Positions 9,661 to 18,044 of a stretch of 64,000 bases of DNA are shown in pieces (the stretch's first letter is position 1; each line of letters opens with the position of its first letter). The notes below the pieces were generated by a model. The model saw only the letters and a list, made by a program, of their open reading frames with translations, was not told the DNA's origin and made no database searches. Source of the stretch: Spirochaetota bacterium (GTDB lineage: Bacteria; Spirochaetota; Spirochaetia; Treponematales; Treponemataceae); the NCBI GenBank assembly GCA_023438065.1, contig JAEXRH010000014.1, forward strand, positions 22,959-86,958, given 5' to 3'. A program made the position numbers and the translations under genes.

Positions 9661-9684
9661 AGGTTTTAGGGTATATTTCTAGGC

Positions 9685-10119
9685 ATGCCCGACTCTTTGA
9701 GCGCGTCCAAACAGGACTATCTCGAAACGATCCTCGACTTTGCCGCCGAATCCGGCCAGGTACGTTCCATAGACATTGCAAGAACCCTCGGCGTATCCCG
9801 CGCGAGCGTGAACAAGTCGCTCGGCGTACTCAAGGAATCAGGACTCATCGAGCATGAGCATTACGGGGACGTAAAGCTCACCGAAAAGGGCCTCAAGGCC
9901 GCCAGGCAGGTTCGCGCCCGCCACAATAATCTCAAACTCTTCCTTATTGATGTCCTCGGGGTATCGCCAGAAACCGCCGAGAACGACGCGTGCCGGATGG
10001 AACATGCCATCTGCCGGGAAACCGCGACAAAACTCGAGGATTATCTTAAAAAGATCCTCCATCACGCGGACTCCGGAATCGGCGATACCGCCGACCAGGC
10101 TTCGACCTCTCAATCCTGA
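9685..10119 (+). CDS. DtxR/MntR-family metal-dependent transcriptional regulator (144 aa)
   Basis: N-terminal HTH plus metal-binding/dimerisation region: QDYLETIL, IARTLGVSRASVNKSLGVLKESGLIEHEHYGDVKLTEKG, RHNNLKLFLIDVLGV, ACRMEHAI. Divergent from feoAB. Confidence 0.88.
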   Translation: MPDSLSASKQDYLETILDFAAESGQVRSIDIARTLGVSRASVNKSLGVLKESGLIEHEHYGDVKLTEKGLKAARQVRARHNNLKLFLIDVLGVSPETAENDACRMEHAICRETATKLEDYLKKILHHADSGIGDTADQASTSQS

Positions 10120-10259
10120 CGCAAACCGCGCCCGGGGAAATCCTTCGAGCGGATCCGCCATTGCCAAATTTTCACCTTGTAAAGCCTTGCCATCGCTATC
10201 CCTTCATGTGTACATTCAATCGAGCGCCGGAAAGCGACCCCGATCACACGCGGGATAAT

Positions 10260-10288
10260 TTGTTTTCCGGGGAGAAACGGCCTATACT
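10260..10288 (+). promoter_or_regulatory. Putative promoter (TTGTTT-17 nt-TATACT) about 120 nt upstream of the methyltransferase gene
   Basis: Hexamer match only, within the 287-bp intergenic region. This implies a roughly 110-nt 5' UTR. Confidence 0.25.
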
Positions 10289-10406
10289 TCTATCGTGTTC
10301 AATACCCCGGATCACCTCTCGTCAACGATGCCCTGCCAGGGCTATAGTGGCGATCCCGAACGAATACAGAATATGACCGGTATGTGAAATTACTGAAGGA
10401 GCTTAC

Positions 10407-11216
10407 ATGAGCATGGGGATGGCGGGGTATCAGCCTCCGCCGCATATGGTTGAAACGCTGCAGGATTACTATTCGGAGATACTCGAGTACTACGACGAAC
10501 TATTTCCCTTTGACGAAGCCCAACTCGCCTTTTTCCGCGCGCTTCAACAGGAACAGGGCAAACGCATCGCTGCGGGAACCGCACCCCTTGTCCGGTTCCT
10601 CGGAATTGCCTGCGCGACCGGTAACCTCGAGAACAAACTTTCGGGGCCCGGCATCGACATTACCGGGATCGACCGCAACGCCCAGATGGTTGAAACCGCG
10701 AAGCGCCGGATGAAACGGGGCTTCTCCACGACGCGCTTCTTCGAGATGTCAACGCTCGACATGGCAAGATACCTTAAAAAAGGATCCTTCCACATCATCG
10801 CGAGCGTCGACAATTTCCTGCCGTATATCGGAGACGAAACCCTGATCAGGAAATTTTTCCATGACGCGCGGGTTCTTCTCGCACCCGGCGGCACGCTCGT
10901 GGCGGAAACCTTCAATTTCGACTCGATTAGCCCGGGAAAGGTAATCCGGCTCCCCGACCAGAGCTCGCTCCGCGTCACCCTGAAGCGTGCCCTGATCCCC
11001 GACGCGAACGAATCGTACTTCCTCGACGCGTCGCTCGAGCTCGGAAACGGCCGCAAGATCGCGCTTCAAAAGGGAACCGCGGTCATTCCCCTGACGACCG
11101 AAAAAATCGAACGCTTCGCGCGCGAGTCCGGCTTCTCGTCGGTATCGTTCGCGGGGTCGTTCTCCGGATCGCCCTGGTCGCCCGAAAGCCTGAAAACCGT
11201 CGTTACCCTATCATAA
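10407..11216 (+). CDS. Class I SAM-dependent methyltransferase (269 aa)
   Basis: Motif I-like FLGIACATGNL and motif II-like FHIIASVDNFLPYI. GAAGGAG lies upstream of the ATG. Confidence 0.75.
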   Translation: MSMGMAGYQPPPHMVETLQDYYSEILEYYDELFPFDEAQLAFFRALQQEQGKRIAAGTAPLVRFLGIACATGNLENKLSGPGIDITGIDRNAQMVETAKRRMKRGFSTTRFFEMSTLDMARYLKKGSFHIIASVDNFLPYIGDETLIRKFFHDARVLLAPGGTLVAETFNFDSISPGKVIRLPDQSSLRVTLKRALIPDANESYFLDASLELGNGRKIALQKGTAVIPLTTEKIERFARESGFSSVSFAGSFSGSPWSPESLKTVVTLS

Positions 11217-11235
11217 GGCAAAGCGAACCGAGAAA

Positions 11236-11274
11236 GACAAAGCCGACGCACGGAGACCGCGCGTCGGCTTTGTC
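11236..11274. terminator. 14-bp GC-rich hairpin between convergent genes (terminator-like)
   Basis: GACAAAGCCGACGC (11236-11249) pairs with GCGTCGGCTTTGTC (11261-11274). The flanking U-tract is weak on both strands. Confidence 0.45.
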
Positions 11275-11294
11275 ATGCCATTATCCGGAATGTC

Positions 11295-12212
11295 CTACTG
11301 AATTTTCCACTTGCCCTCGACGCGAACCATCCGCGTCGAGGGGATCTCGAGGACGCGGCCGTCTTCCCCGAGAAGCCTGATCATCCGCGTCAGCGGATTG
11401 ACCTCGGTCACGCGGAAATTCGCCTCGTCGTAAAAGAGCCTGATACCCTCGTTCGGGAGGCTTTTCCGCTCCTCGCAATACCAGTCGTGCTCGTAGGCGA
11501 GACAGCACAAGAGCCTGCCGCATTGCCCCGAAATCTTCAGCGAGTTAAGCGAGAGATTCTGGTCCTTCGCCATGCGGATCGAGACGGGTTTGAGCCTATC
11601 GGTGACGGAATGGCAGCAATAAGGCCTGCCGCACACGCCGAGTCCGCCGGTAATGCGGGACTCGTCGCGAACGCCGATCTGCCTGAGCTCGATGCGCATC
11701 TTGAATATCGAGACGAGGTCCTTCACGAGATCGCGAAAGTCCACGCGGTTCTCCGCGCTGAAGAAAAACAGGATCTTCGGCTCGTCGAGAAGATAGTGGG
11801 TCGCGATGAGCTTCATCTCGAGCCGATGCTGCGCGACCTTCTCGCGGAAGACCTTGAACGCCTTATCCTCGCGTTCGCGATAATCCTCCGCGCGCGCGAG
11901 ATCGGCGGGGTCCGCCTTCCGCTCGATCATCACCACGTCGTCCGGCCTTATACCGAGCGGCACGCGTATCTTCCCCATGACGAGCGCGAGATCGCGCCCG
12001 TAGCGGGTCGGCACGAGCACGTACTCGCCGACGGTGAGCTGGAGCGTCGGGTGTGTCGCGTAGATGCTTTCGCTCGAGTACTCGAGCTTCAGGTGATACA
12101 GAGGGTCGGGAAAGACATAACTTCCCGGAGCAACCTCTATCGTTTCCCCTTGGGGATCTTCGAGACTCGAAAGATCCTGGGGTATATCGTCGTGTTCGAA
12201 CGCGCTGTTCAT
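11295..12212 (-). CDS. ricT: PSP1-domain protein, RicT/YaaT family (305 aa)
   Basis: PSP1 C-terminal domain with a Cys cluster (GVCGRPYCCHS ... GQCGRLLCCLAYEHDWY). Confidence 0.85.
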   Translation of the reverse strand: MNSAFEHDDIPQDLSSLEDPQGETIEVAPGSYVFPDPLYHLKLEYSSESIYATHPTLQLTVGEYVLVPTRYGRDLALVMGKIRVPLGIRPDDVVMIERKADPADLARAEDYREREDKAFKVFREKVAQHRLEMKLIATHYLLDEPKILFFFSAENRVDFRDLVKDLVSIFKMRIELRQIGVRDESRITGGLGVCGRPYCCHSVTDRLKPVSIRMAKDQNLSLNSLKISGQCGRLLCCLAYEHDWYCEERKSLPNEGIRLFYDEANFRVTEVNPLTRMIRLLGEDGRVLEIPSTRMVRVEGKWKIQ

Positions 12213-12233
12213 GCGTTTCCTCGCCTTCGGTCG

Positions 12234-12761
12234 TCAGGACATCAAGTCGACCAACAACCCGTTGATTTCTTCGATCTTTTCCAGAAGCCCGAGTTGCGGG
12301 CGCTGATTGGAAAGGATCCCTGCAGCCAACTGCTCCAGTTTCTCGTCGATTACCCGCACCTGCGTGAACTTTTTGCGCTTGAGGATATTTCCCCCGGAGA
12401 CGCTCTCGGTTACGGTGTAGGTCCTTTCCACCACATAGCGGACGAAGGACCTGACGGCGTTTTTGTACGCCACGATGTTGTCGGGCAACGGTTTTTCCTT
12501 GAGGGCGTCTCCCGCGGAGTGCACGTCGTCAAGAAGCGTTGAAAGGATCTTCTCCGGGGGCAAGCCGACAAGATGCGCCGGAATCGAGCGCTCGGCCTCT
12601 TCGGCCCGGTCTGCGAGCTCTTCCTTGACGAGCCGGTCAAATCGCCTTACGCCCGGCTTCTCTTTCTTGTCAGAAGGCCGCGCGGCTCCGCCCGCCACCG
12701 CGGCATGCCCCGCGATCGAGGCGAAAAAGGGTGCCGACTCGATGGGTCCCGCGCCCGCCAT
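12234..12761 (-). CDS. YaaR/DUF327 family protein (175 aa)
   Basis: C-terminal block NAVRSFVRYVVERTYTV...KKFTQVRVIDEKLEQLAAGIL is typical of DUF327. The start shares one nucleotide with the bactofilin stop (TGATG). Confidence 0.7.
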   Translation of the reverse strand: MAGAGPIESAPFFASIAGHAAVAGGAARPSDKKEKPGVRRFDRLVKEELADRAEEAERSIPAHLVGLPPEKILSTLLDDVHSAGDALKEKPLPDNIVAYKNAVRSFVRYVVERTYTVTESVSGGNILKRKKFTQVRVIDEKLEQLAAGILSNQRPQLGLLEKIEEINGLLVDLMS

Positions 12762-13207
12762 CAGCGACCCGAACCGGAGGCCGGATATCGCGCGCCGGCA
12801 AGCGTCGTCGAGCCGAGCGCGCGACGGTTATCGTACTCGGAAAGCGCGGCGTCGAAACGGGCCTGATCGTTCACCGCGACGCACGCGCCGTTGAGCACGA
12901 CCGACTCCTCGACCTGCAGGCGCTTGGTGATGACGTTCCCGAGAACCATTCCCGACGAAAGGATCGTGACGCCCTCGGGAGCGATGACGTCGCCTTGCAC
13001 CACCCCGCCGACGGTCGCGACGAGTGCGCGAATGTCCCCGCGTACGCGGGCGTTCTCGCCGATGATCACGCGGCCGGGGGTCTCGAGGCTCCCGTCGATG
13101 TCGCCGTCGATGCGGATGAAGCCGGCGATTTTCAGCTCGCCCCGAATGAACGCGCCGGGCCCGACGATGGTATTGATTGAAACGTCTTCCTGGATCTGGA
13201 AAGCCAC
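12761..13207 (-). CDS. Bactofilin (polymer-forming cytoskeletal protein, 148 aa)
   Basis: Beta-helical bactofilin repeats: TIVGPGAFIRGELKIAGFIRIDGDIDGSLETPGRVIIGENARVRGDIRALVATVGGVVQGDVIAPEGVTILSSGMVLGNV. Confidence 0.88.
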   Translation of the reverse strand: MAFQIQEDVSINTIVGPGAFIRGELKIAGFIRIDGDIDGSLETPGRVIIGENARVRGDIRALVATVGGVVQGDVIAPEGVTILSSGMVLGNVITKRLQVEESVVLNGACVAVNDQARFDAALSEYDNRRALGSTTLAGARYPASGSGR

Positions 13208-13218
13208 TTGTACCGCCC

Positions 13219-14247
13219 TTACTTGCGCGCCGCGACCTTGATGTTGAGGTACTTCATCGGGTCGACTACGTCGGATCCGATGTGCACCTCGTAATGGAGG
13301 TGCGGCCCCGTCGAGACGCCGGTATTTCCGATATAACCGATTACCTGTCCCTGTTGCACATACTGGCCGCGCTGGACGCGGAACGACTGCATGTGGGCAT
13401 AACGGGTATAGAATCCGTGTTTGTGCTTGATGAGCACGTAGTTTCCGAATCCGGGATCGTACTCGACGGTCACGACCTGGCCATCGGCCGTCGCGAGAAT
13501 CGGGTCGCCCATGCGATAGGTGGAAAGGTCGACGCCCTTATGGATATACCACTGACCGGTGAAAGGATGCCGGTTCTGGCCGAAGACCATCGAGACGTGC
13601 CCGATTCCGCCGGCGATCGGCCAGAGGCTCGGGATGTCCGAAAAGAGGGTGTTCTGCGAGTCGAGAAGCTTCCCGATCTCCTCGATGGGCTGGACGGAAT
13701 TCTCGAGATAGCCGGTGAGGCGCTGGAGCTCGGCGATCTCCTTGACCGACCCGGTCGCCGATTCCTTGACGTTGAAGAGCGAGGAAAGGTCGCCGTTCTG
13801 CATGCTGCTTTTAGACGCGGCTGCGTTGTTGTCGAGCCCGATCACCGAAAGGGTCCCGGAAAAGGCCGACTGGAAATTCTGGGCGGCGCGGAGAAGGTTT
13901 CCCGTTTCGTCCTTGAGGCTGTCGAGGCTCGCGCGGGTCTCCCGCGACTCCTTCTCGAGCGCGGCGATATTCCGCGCGGATACGAGGGAATTCCTCGAGA
14001 ACCAGAAGAACGAAGCGAATATGCCGACGATGACGACGACGAACGAAACGAGAGAAAAGAGCGTTGTCTGGAAATTCACGACACGCTTCTGGGAATGGGG
14101 CACCACCATGATGGTAAGCTTTCGCCTGCCCCCGCGGATGAAGGCGGAAAGCGCGTTGCCGACGGCCGTGAAACATCCTTTAAAAAACCGGCCGATTGAG
14201 CGAACGATGTTGTTCTCGACCCGCTTGTATCCTCTGGTCCTGGGCAC
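13219..14247 (-). CDS. M23 family metallopeptidase (LytM-type, membrane anchored, coiled-coil linker; 342 aa)
   Basis: HKGVDL, YVLIKHKHGFYTRYAHM, GNTGVSTGPHLHYEV. GTG start at 14247 is preceded by GGGAG. There is one N-terminal TM helix. Confidence 0.9.
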   Translation of the reverse strand: MPRTRGYKRVENNIVRSIGRFFKGCFTAVGNALSAFIRGGRRKLTIMVVPHSQKRVVNFQTTLFSLVSFVVVIVGIFASFFWFSRNSLVSARNIAALEKESRETRASLDSLKDETGNLLRAAQNFQSAFSGTLSVIGLDNNAAASKSSMQNGDLSSLFNVKESATGSVKEIAELQRLTGYLENSVQPIEEIGKLLDSQNTLFSDIPSLWPIAGGIGHVSMVFGQNRHPFTGQWYIHKGVDLSTYRMGDPILATADGQVVTVEYDPGFGNYVLIKHKHGFYTRYAHMQSFRVQRGQYVQQGQVIGYIGNTGVSTGPHLHYEVHIGSDVVDPMKYLNIKVAARK

Positions 14248-14293
14248 AATGTACTCCCTGTCAGAACGCTAAAAAAACATACTTTTGAAATGT

Positions 14294-14323
14294 ATAATAT
14301 CATGGAACAAAAATAGCTGTCAA
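14294..14323 (-). promoter_or_regulatory. Putative promoter of the M23-bactofilin-yaaR-ricT operon (TTGACA-18 nt-TATTAT)
   Basis: On the minus strand, TTGACA is at 14323-14318 and TATTAT is at 14299-14294, in the AT-rich divergent intergenic region. Confidence 0.4.
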
Positions 14324-14353
14324 ACCGGCGAGGTCCTCAGGAACCGGTTTTTT
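14322..14353 (+). terminator. Orphan terminator-like hairpin plus T6 in the divergent promoter region
   Basis: AAACCGG (14322-14328) pairs with CCGGTTT (14344-14350), and the run of six T (14348-14353) continues past the stem. There is no upstream plus-strand gene. An extended -10 (TGTATAAT, 14291-14298) lies about 25 nt upstream. Confidence 0.3.
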
Positions 14354-14365
14354 ATTGACGCCAGG

Positions 14366-14393
14366 TTGAAGCTATGCTATTTTGAAGTATAAT
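14366..14393 (+). promoter_or_regulatory. Putative promoter of the tatD-like/dus operon (TTGAAG-16 nt-TATAAT)
   Basis: -35 at 14366-14371 and -10 at 14388-14393, about 70 nt upstream of the ATG at 14463. Confidence 0.45.
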
Positions 14394-14462
14394 CGTTATA
14401 TCCAGTTTGGATATATCTTTTGGCCCGTTCAGGCCCCACTACTCTCTGATTGGAAGTCAGCC

Positions 14463-15236
14463 ATGCAATTTTTTGATACTCACGCTCATATTGGGCTTAT
14501 TTATGACGACCCGATCGAGCAGCTTCGGGTGATCCAGGAAGCGAAACAGGCGCAAGTTACCCGTATCGTCAGCATCTGTAACAGTTTGCACGATTTCAGC
14601 GTCGTGTATCCGACCCTTAAATCCGCACAGTCCGTCTATCACGCCATAGGCGTATCCCCGTCCGAGGTGACCAATCCCGGCCGCGACTGGATTCGCACGG
14701 TCGAGGAGGGCCTCAAACAGCCGAACGTCGTCGCCCTGGGCGAGATCGGCCTCGATTATTTCCGGAAATACGGAGACAAGCGTTCACAGATTGAACTGTT
14801 TATCACCCAACTCGAGCTCGCGAACAAGGCCGACATGCCGGTCATCATCCATAATCGCGACGCGGGCAAGGACGTGCTCGATATCCTCGCCGAGCGCCTT
14901 CCCGAGGCCGGAGGCGTGCTCCACTGCTATTCCGAGGACGCCGAATACGCCAGGATCGCGCTCGACCTCAACCTCTATTTCTCCTTCGCGGGAAACCTGA
15001 CCTACCGGAACGCGCGAAACCTTCACGAGACGGTCCTTACCCTTCCGATCGACCGAATTCTCATCGAGTCGGAAAGCCCCTTCATGGTGCCCGCCGAGTT
15101 CCGCGGCAAACGGAACATGCCGTCATATACCCCTTCGACGGCGAAGTTCCTCGCGGAGATGCTCGAGATGGATCTCGAGGCCCTCGCGGCCCAGCTGTGG
15201 ACGAACAGCTGCAAGTTCTTCCGCCTTCCTGAATGA
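14463..15236 (+). CDS. TatD family metal-dependent hydrolase/DNase (257 aa)
   Basis: FDTHAHIG at the N-terminus, then GEIGLDY, VIIHNRDA, HCYS and ESESPF. I chose the ATG at 14463. The ORF track starts at 14382. Confidence 0.88.
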   Translation: MQFFDTHAHIGLIYDDPIEQLRVIQEAKQAQVTRIVSICNSLHDFSVVYPTLKSAQSVYHAIGVSPSEVTNPGRDWIRTVEEGLKQPNVVALGEIGLDYFRKYGDKRSQIELFITQLELANKADMPVIIHNRDAGKDVLDILAERLPEAGGVLHCYSEDAEYARIALDLNLYFSFAGNLTYRNARNLHETVLTLPIDRILIESESPFMVPAEFRGKRNMPSYTPSTAKFLAEMLEMDLEALAAQLWTNSCKFFRLPE

Positions 15237-16363
15237 CGGCCGCCGTTTCTCCGGGTCAGGCCTCAGGCGGAACCGGGAAACTCTGGCACCCGGTCCGCAT
15301 CGGTTCCCTCGACATTCCCGGAAACCTCTTTCTCGCGCCCGTAGCGGGGTATTCCGACCGCTCGTTCCGCTCGCTTTGCGTCGAATACGGCGCCTCCTTC
15401 ACCTATACCGAGATGGTATCGGCCGAGGCCCTCGTCCGCGACTCCGAGAAAACCCGGCTCATGATGCGGCGCGCGCCGAACGAGAAACGGTACGCGGTCC
15501 AGCTCTTCGGCGGGGACGCCGACCGCATGGCCCTCGCCGTCCCGCTCGCGCTCGAGCATTCCGGATGCGAATGCATCGACATCAACGCGGGATGCCCGGT
15601 ACCCAAGGTCTACAAGACGGGCGCGGGTTCGGCCCTCACGCGGGATCCGGACCGGCTCGCCGGCATCGTTCGCGCGGCCGTGTCCGCGAGCGAGGCCTTC
15701 GCGGGAAACCGCCCGCAGGGCCTTGAGCGCGGCGAGGATTCGCAAGGGTCGGCCCAAGCCCCGATCGCCCCGGTTCCGATAACGGTGAAAATCCGCTCGG
15801 GGTGGGACGACGCGTCCATCACCTGGAAGGAAGCGGCGGCCGCCGCGATCGAGTCGGGGGCGAAAGCCGTTACCCTCCATCCGCGAACGAGGGCGCAGGG
15901 TTACGAAGGAAAGTCGCGCTGGGATCTCCTCGCCGAGCTCGTCGCCTTCGTCCGGTCGCGCTGGCCCGGCATCCCGGTATTCGGCTCGGGAGACCTCTTT
16001 ACGCCCGAATCGGCCAAGGCGATGCTCGAGGAAACGGGCTGCGACGCGGTCATGTTCGCGCGCGGGGCTATGGGAAATCCCTTCATTTTCCGCCAGGCGA
16101 GGGACCTCCTCGAGACCGGCGCGTACGGCGAGATACCGGCGAACGTCAGGATCGCCTCGGGATGGAGGGAGCTCCACAGCCTCGCGGCGGACGCGGGGGA
16201 ACATGTCGCGTGCCGCGAGATGCGAAAGCGGTTTTGCTCCTATTCCAAGGGGATCGAGGGCGGCTCGGCGCTCCGGGTCGAGCTCGTGAAGGCTTCGACG
16301 ATCGAAGAATACCGTCAGATTCTCGCGAGATTCGGCTTCCCGTTCCCACAGGACCGAGCCTGA
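15233..16363 (+). CDS. tRNA-dihydrouridine synthase (Dus family, 376 aa)
   Basis: APVAGYSDRSFRSLC, VQLFGGD, IDINAGCP, VTVKIRSGWD, VTLHPRTRAQGY, GSGD, MFARGAMGNPFIF. Shares an ATGA overlap with the upstream tatD-like gene. Contains an insertion of about 30 aa. Confidence 0.9.
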   Translation: MTAAVSPGQASGGTGKLWHPVRIGSLDIPGNLFLAPVAGYSDRSFRSLCVEYGASFTYTEMVSAEALVRDSEKTRLMMRRAPNEKRYAVQLFGGDADRMALAVPLALEHSGCECIDINAGCPVPKVYKTGAGSALTRDPDRLAGIVRAAVSASEAFAGNRPQGLERGEDSQGSAQAPIAPVPITVKIRSGWDDASITWKEAAAAAIESGAKAVTLHPRTRAQGYEGKSRWDLLAELVAFVRSRWPGIPVFGSGDLFTPESAKAMLEETGCDAVMFARGAMGNPFIFRQARDLLETGAYGEIPANVRIASGWRELHSLAADAGEHVACREMRKRFCSYSKGIEGGSALRVELVKASTIEEYRQILARFGFPFPQDRA

Positions 16364-16400
16364 ACCTTGCATAACGGATCGCATCCGTTTAGAATGGCCT

Positions 16401-18041
16401 ATGGGTTTCGTGAATTCGCTCATCGCGTTTCTCAAGGATTTCGTCGAGTCCCTTTTCGCGTCATCCTCGCCGGAATACAAGAAGAAACAGCAACTCAAAC
16501 GCCTTGCGGCCCAACTGAAAGCCTCCGAAACCCCGCTATGGAGACAAGACGGATACATCCTGCCCGCATTTCCGGCAACCCTGTACCAGATCGCGCAGTT
16601 TCTCCTGCCTATCAAGGCAACCCTCGACGCGACCGTCGCGAGCCCCGACCGACGGGTGCAGGATCGCTATCGGGATTACCTCCTTGAGCTCGCGCTGACC
16701 GAAGAGCAGCGCGCGGAGCGGAGAAGCTTCTCCCTCTCGGAACGGGCCGAGGCTCTCGTCGCGCAAAAGGCGACGCCCGAACGGGTCATCGAGGAACAGG
16801 GAAAGCGATTCTCCCAGTTTCTCCACGTGCTTGACGCCCAACCGATCCGACAGGCGGGGATCCTCCTTCAAAAGGCGGACGCGCTTTCGGATTTTTGCCG
16901 TTTCGATTTCAATAATTTCTTTTCCTACTTCGATCCCGCCTTCAAGGCGCACGTCGGCCACGATACGACCGTCGATACGCCTACCTTTCACGAGGTGGAG
17001 GTCGTCGAGATCATCCCGGTCCTTCTCGACCTGTACTATCTTCTCTCGAAACTCGAACTCGGCCCCGCGATCGTCGACATCATCGCGCTCCTCGAGTCGA
17101 AGCGCGCGGGCGTTCGCCTGACCGAGGAGCTTTCGGGACGGCTCAATCGCGTAATACAGGCGGTAACCTACCTTCTCCAAAACAAGGCCGGCAAAGACGC
17201 CATACTCGCGATCATCCGGGTCACCAAGGGCGATCCCGACTTCGTTCCGGACCAACCGAGGGATTCGGTCGATTACGTCGGCCAATACCGGGAGAGGATC
17301 ACCGAGTTTTTCCACGGCGACTCCCGAAAACTCCTCAAGGAGCGCGAGGCGAACGAGATCCAGAGCCTCATCGACGAGACCTTCGGACAGCGCGAGCTCG
17401 AGACCCTTCAAGGGTACAACGAGGCGACGAACGCGCTGATCCAGGAATTCACCCCTTTTTCCCTCGAATGGATCAAGCCGCTCGAGGTGATCAAGACCTT
17501 TTCGCGACACTATTTCGACCAGCACTTCAAGCAGATCCTCAGGTCGGTGATCGTCGAGGGTTACTTCGCGAATCGCACGCTCCAGAGCTCCCTTTCCTCC
17601 TCGTATTACTATTGCGAGTCCATCGGCGGCAAGATCGTCGACTTCGAGCAGCTCTTCAACGCAGGACAGCCGTGCAGCCTGAAGATCCTCACCGGGTACC
17701 TCACCGAACTCGAGAAGGGCATGGACTTCGAGAAGCCCTTGCGCAAAATGGTGGAAAACATGAACGGTAACGCCCGCGCGTTCGTCCAGCAGGCGGTCAA
17801 CAACTACATTGAGGTTTTCAACTTCACCCAGATCATTATCGAGGACAACAAAAAAACCGTGCCCGACTACATTACGAACATCCGTACGTTGACCTCGTCC
17901 ACGAAAAACGCCGACTCGTTTGCCTGGCTTGAGCGTGAAAATGGAGTATTTCGTAATTTCCTTGAAATAATGAAAAAATATGCTATAGTAGGTACGTTGT
18001 CTGTTTCCGCGCAGGCGCAGGAACAAACGGAGAATACATAA
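16401..18041 (+). CDS. Hypothetical protein (546 aa, mostly alpha-helical by composition, no TM helix)
   Basis: Long ORF with coding-like composition, followed 3 nt later by the GAF-GGDEF gene. I recognise no family. Confidence 0.7.
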   Translation: MGFVNSLIAFLKDFVESLFASSSPEYKKKQQLKRLAAQLKASETPLWRQDGYILPAFPATLYQIAQFLLPIKATLDATVASPDRRVQDRYRDYLLELALTEEQRAERRSFSLSERAEALVAQKATPERVIEEQGKRFSQFLHVLDAQPIRQAGILLQKADALSDFCRFDFNNFFSYFDPAFKAHVGHDTTVDTPTFHEVEVVEIIPVLLDLYYLLSKLELGPAIVDIIALLESKRAGVRLTEELSGRLNRVIQAVTYLLQNKAGKDAILAIIRVTKGDPDFVPDQPRDSVDYVGQYRERITEFFHGDSRKLLKEREANEIQSLIDETFGQRELETLQGYNEATNALIQEFTPFSLEWIKPLEVIKTFSRHYFDQHFKQILRSVIVEGYFANRTLQSSLSSSYYYCESIGGKIVDFEQLFNAGQPCSLKILTGYLTELEKGMDFEKPLRKMVENMNGNARAFVQQAVNNYIEVFNFTQIIIEDNKKTVPDYITNIRTLTSSTKNADSFAWLERENGVFRNFLEIMKKYAIVGTLSVSAQAQEQTENT

Positions 18042-18044
18042 GAC

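Noticed and set aside
9610-9684. Full palindromic DtxR/MntR operator in the feoA/regulator spacer
   Set aside because: I found only a half-site-like TTAGGGTA and no convincing dyad symmetry, so I do not annotate an operator.
10161-10376. 71-aa ORF in the intergenic region after the DtxR-family gene
   Set aside because: It has a TTG start with no SD, an odd composition and no motifs. I treat the region as non-coding leader or promoter.
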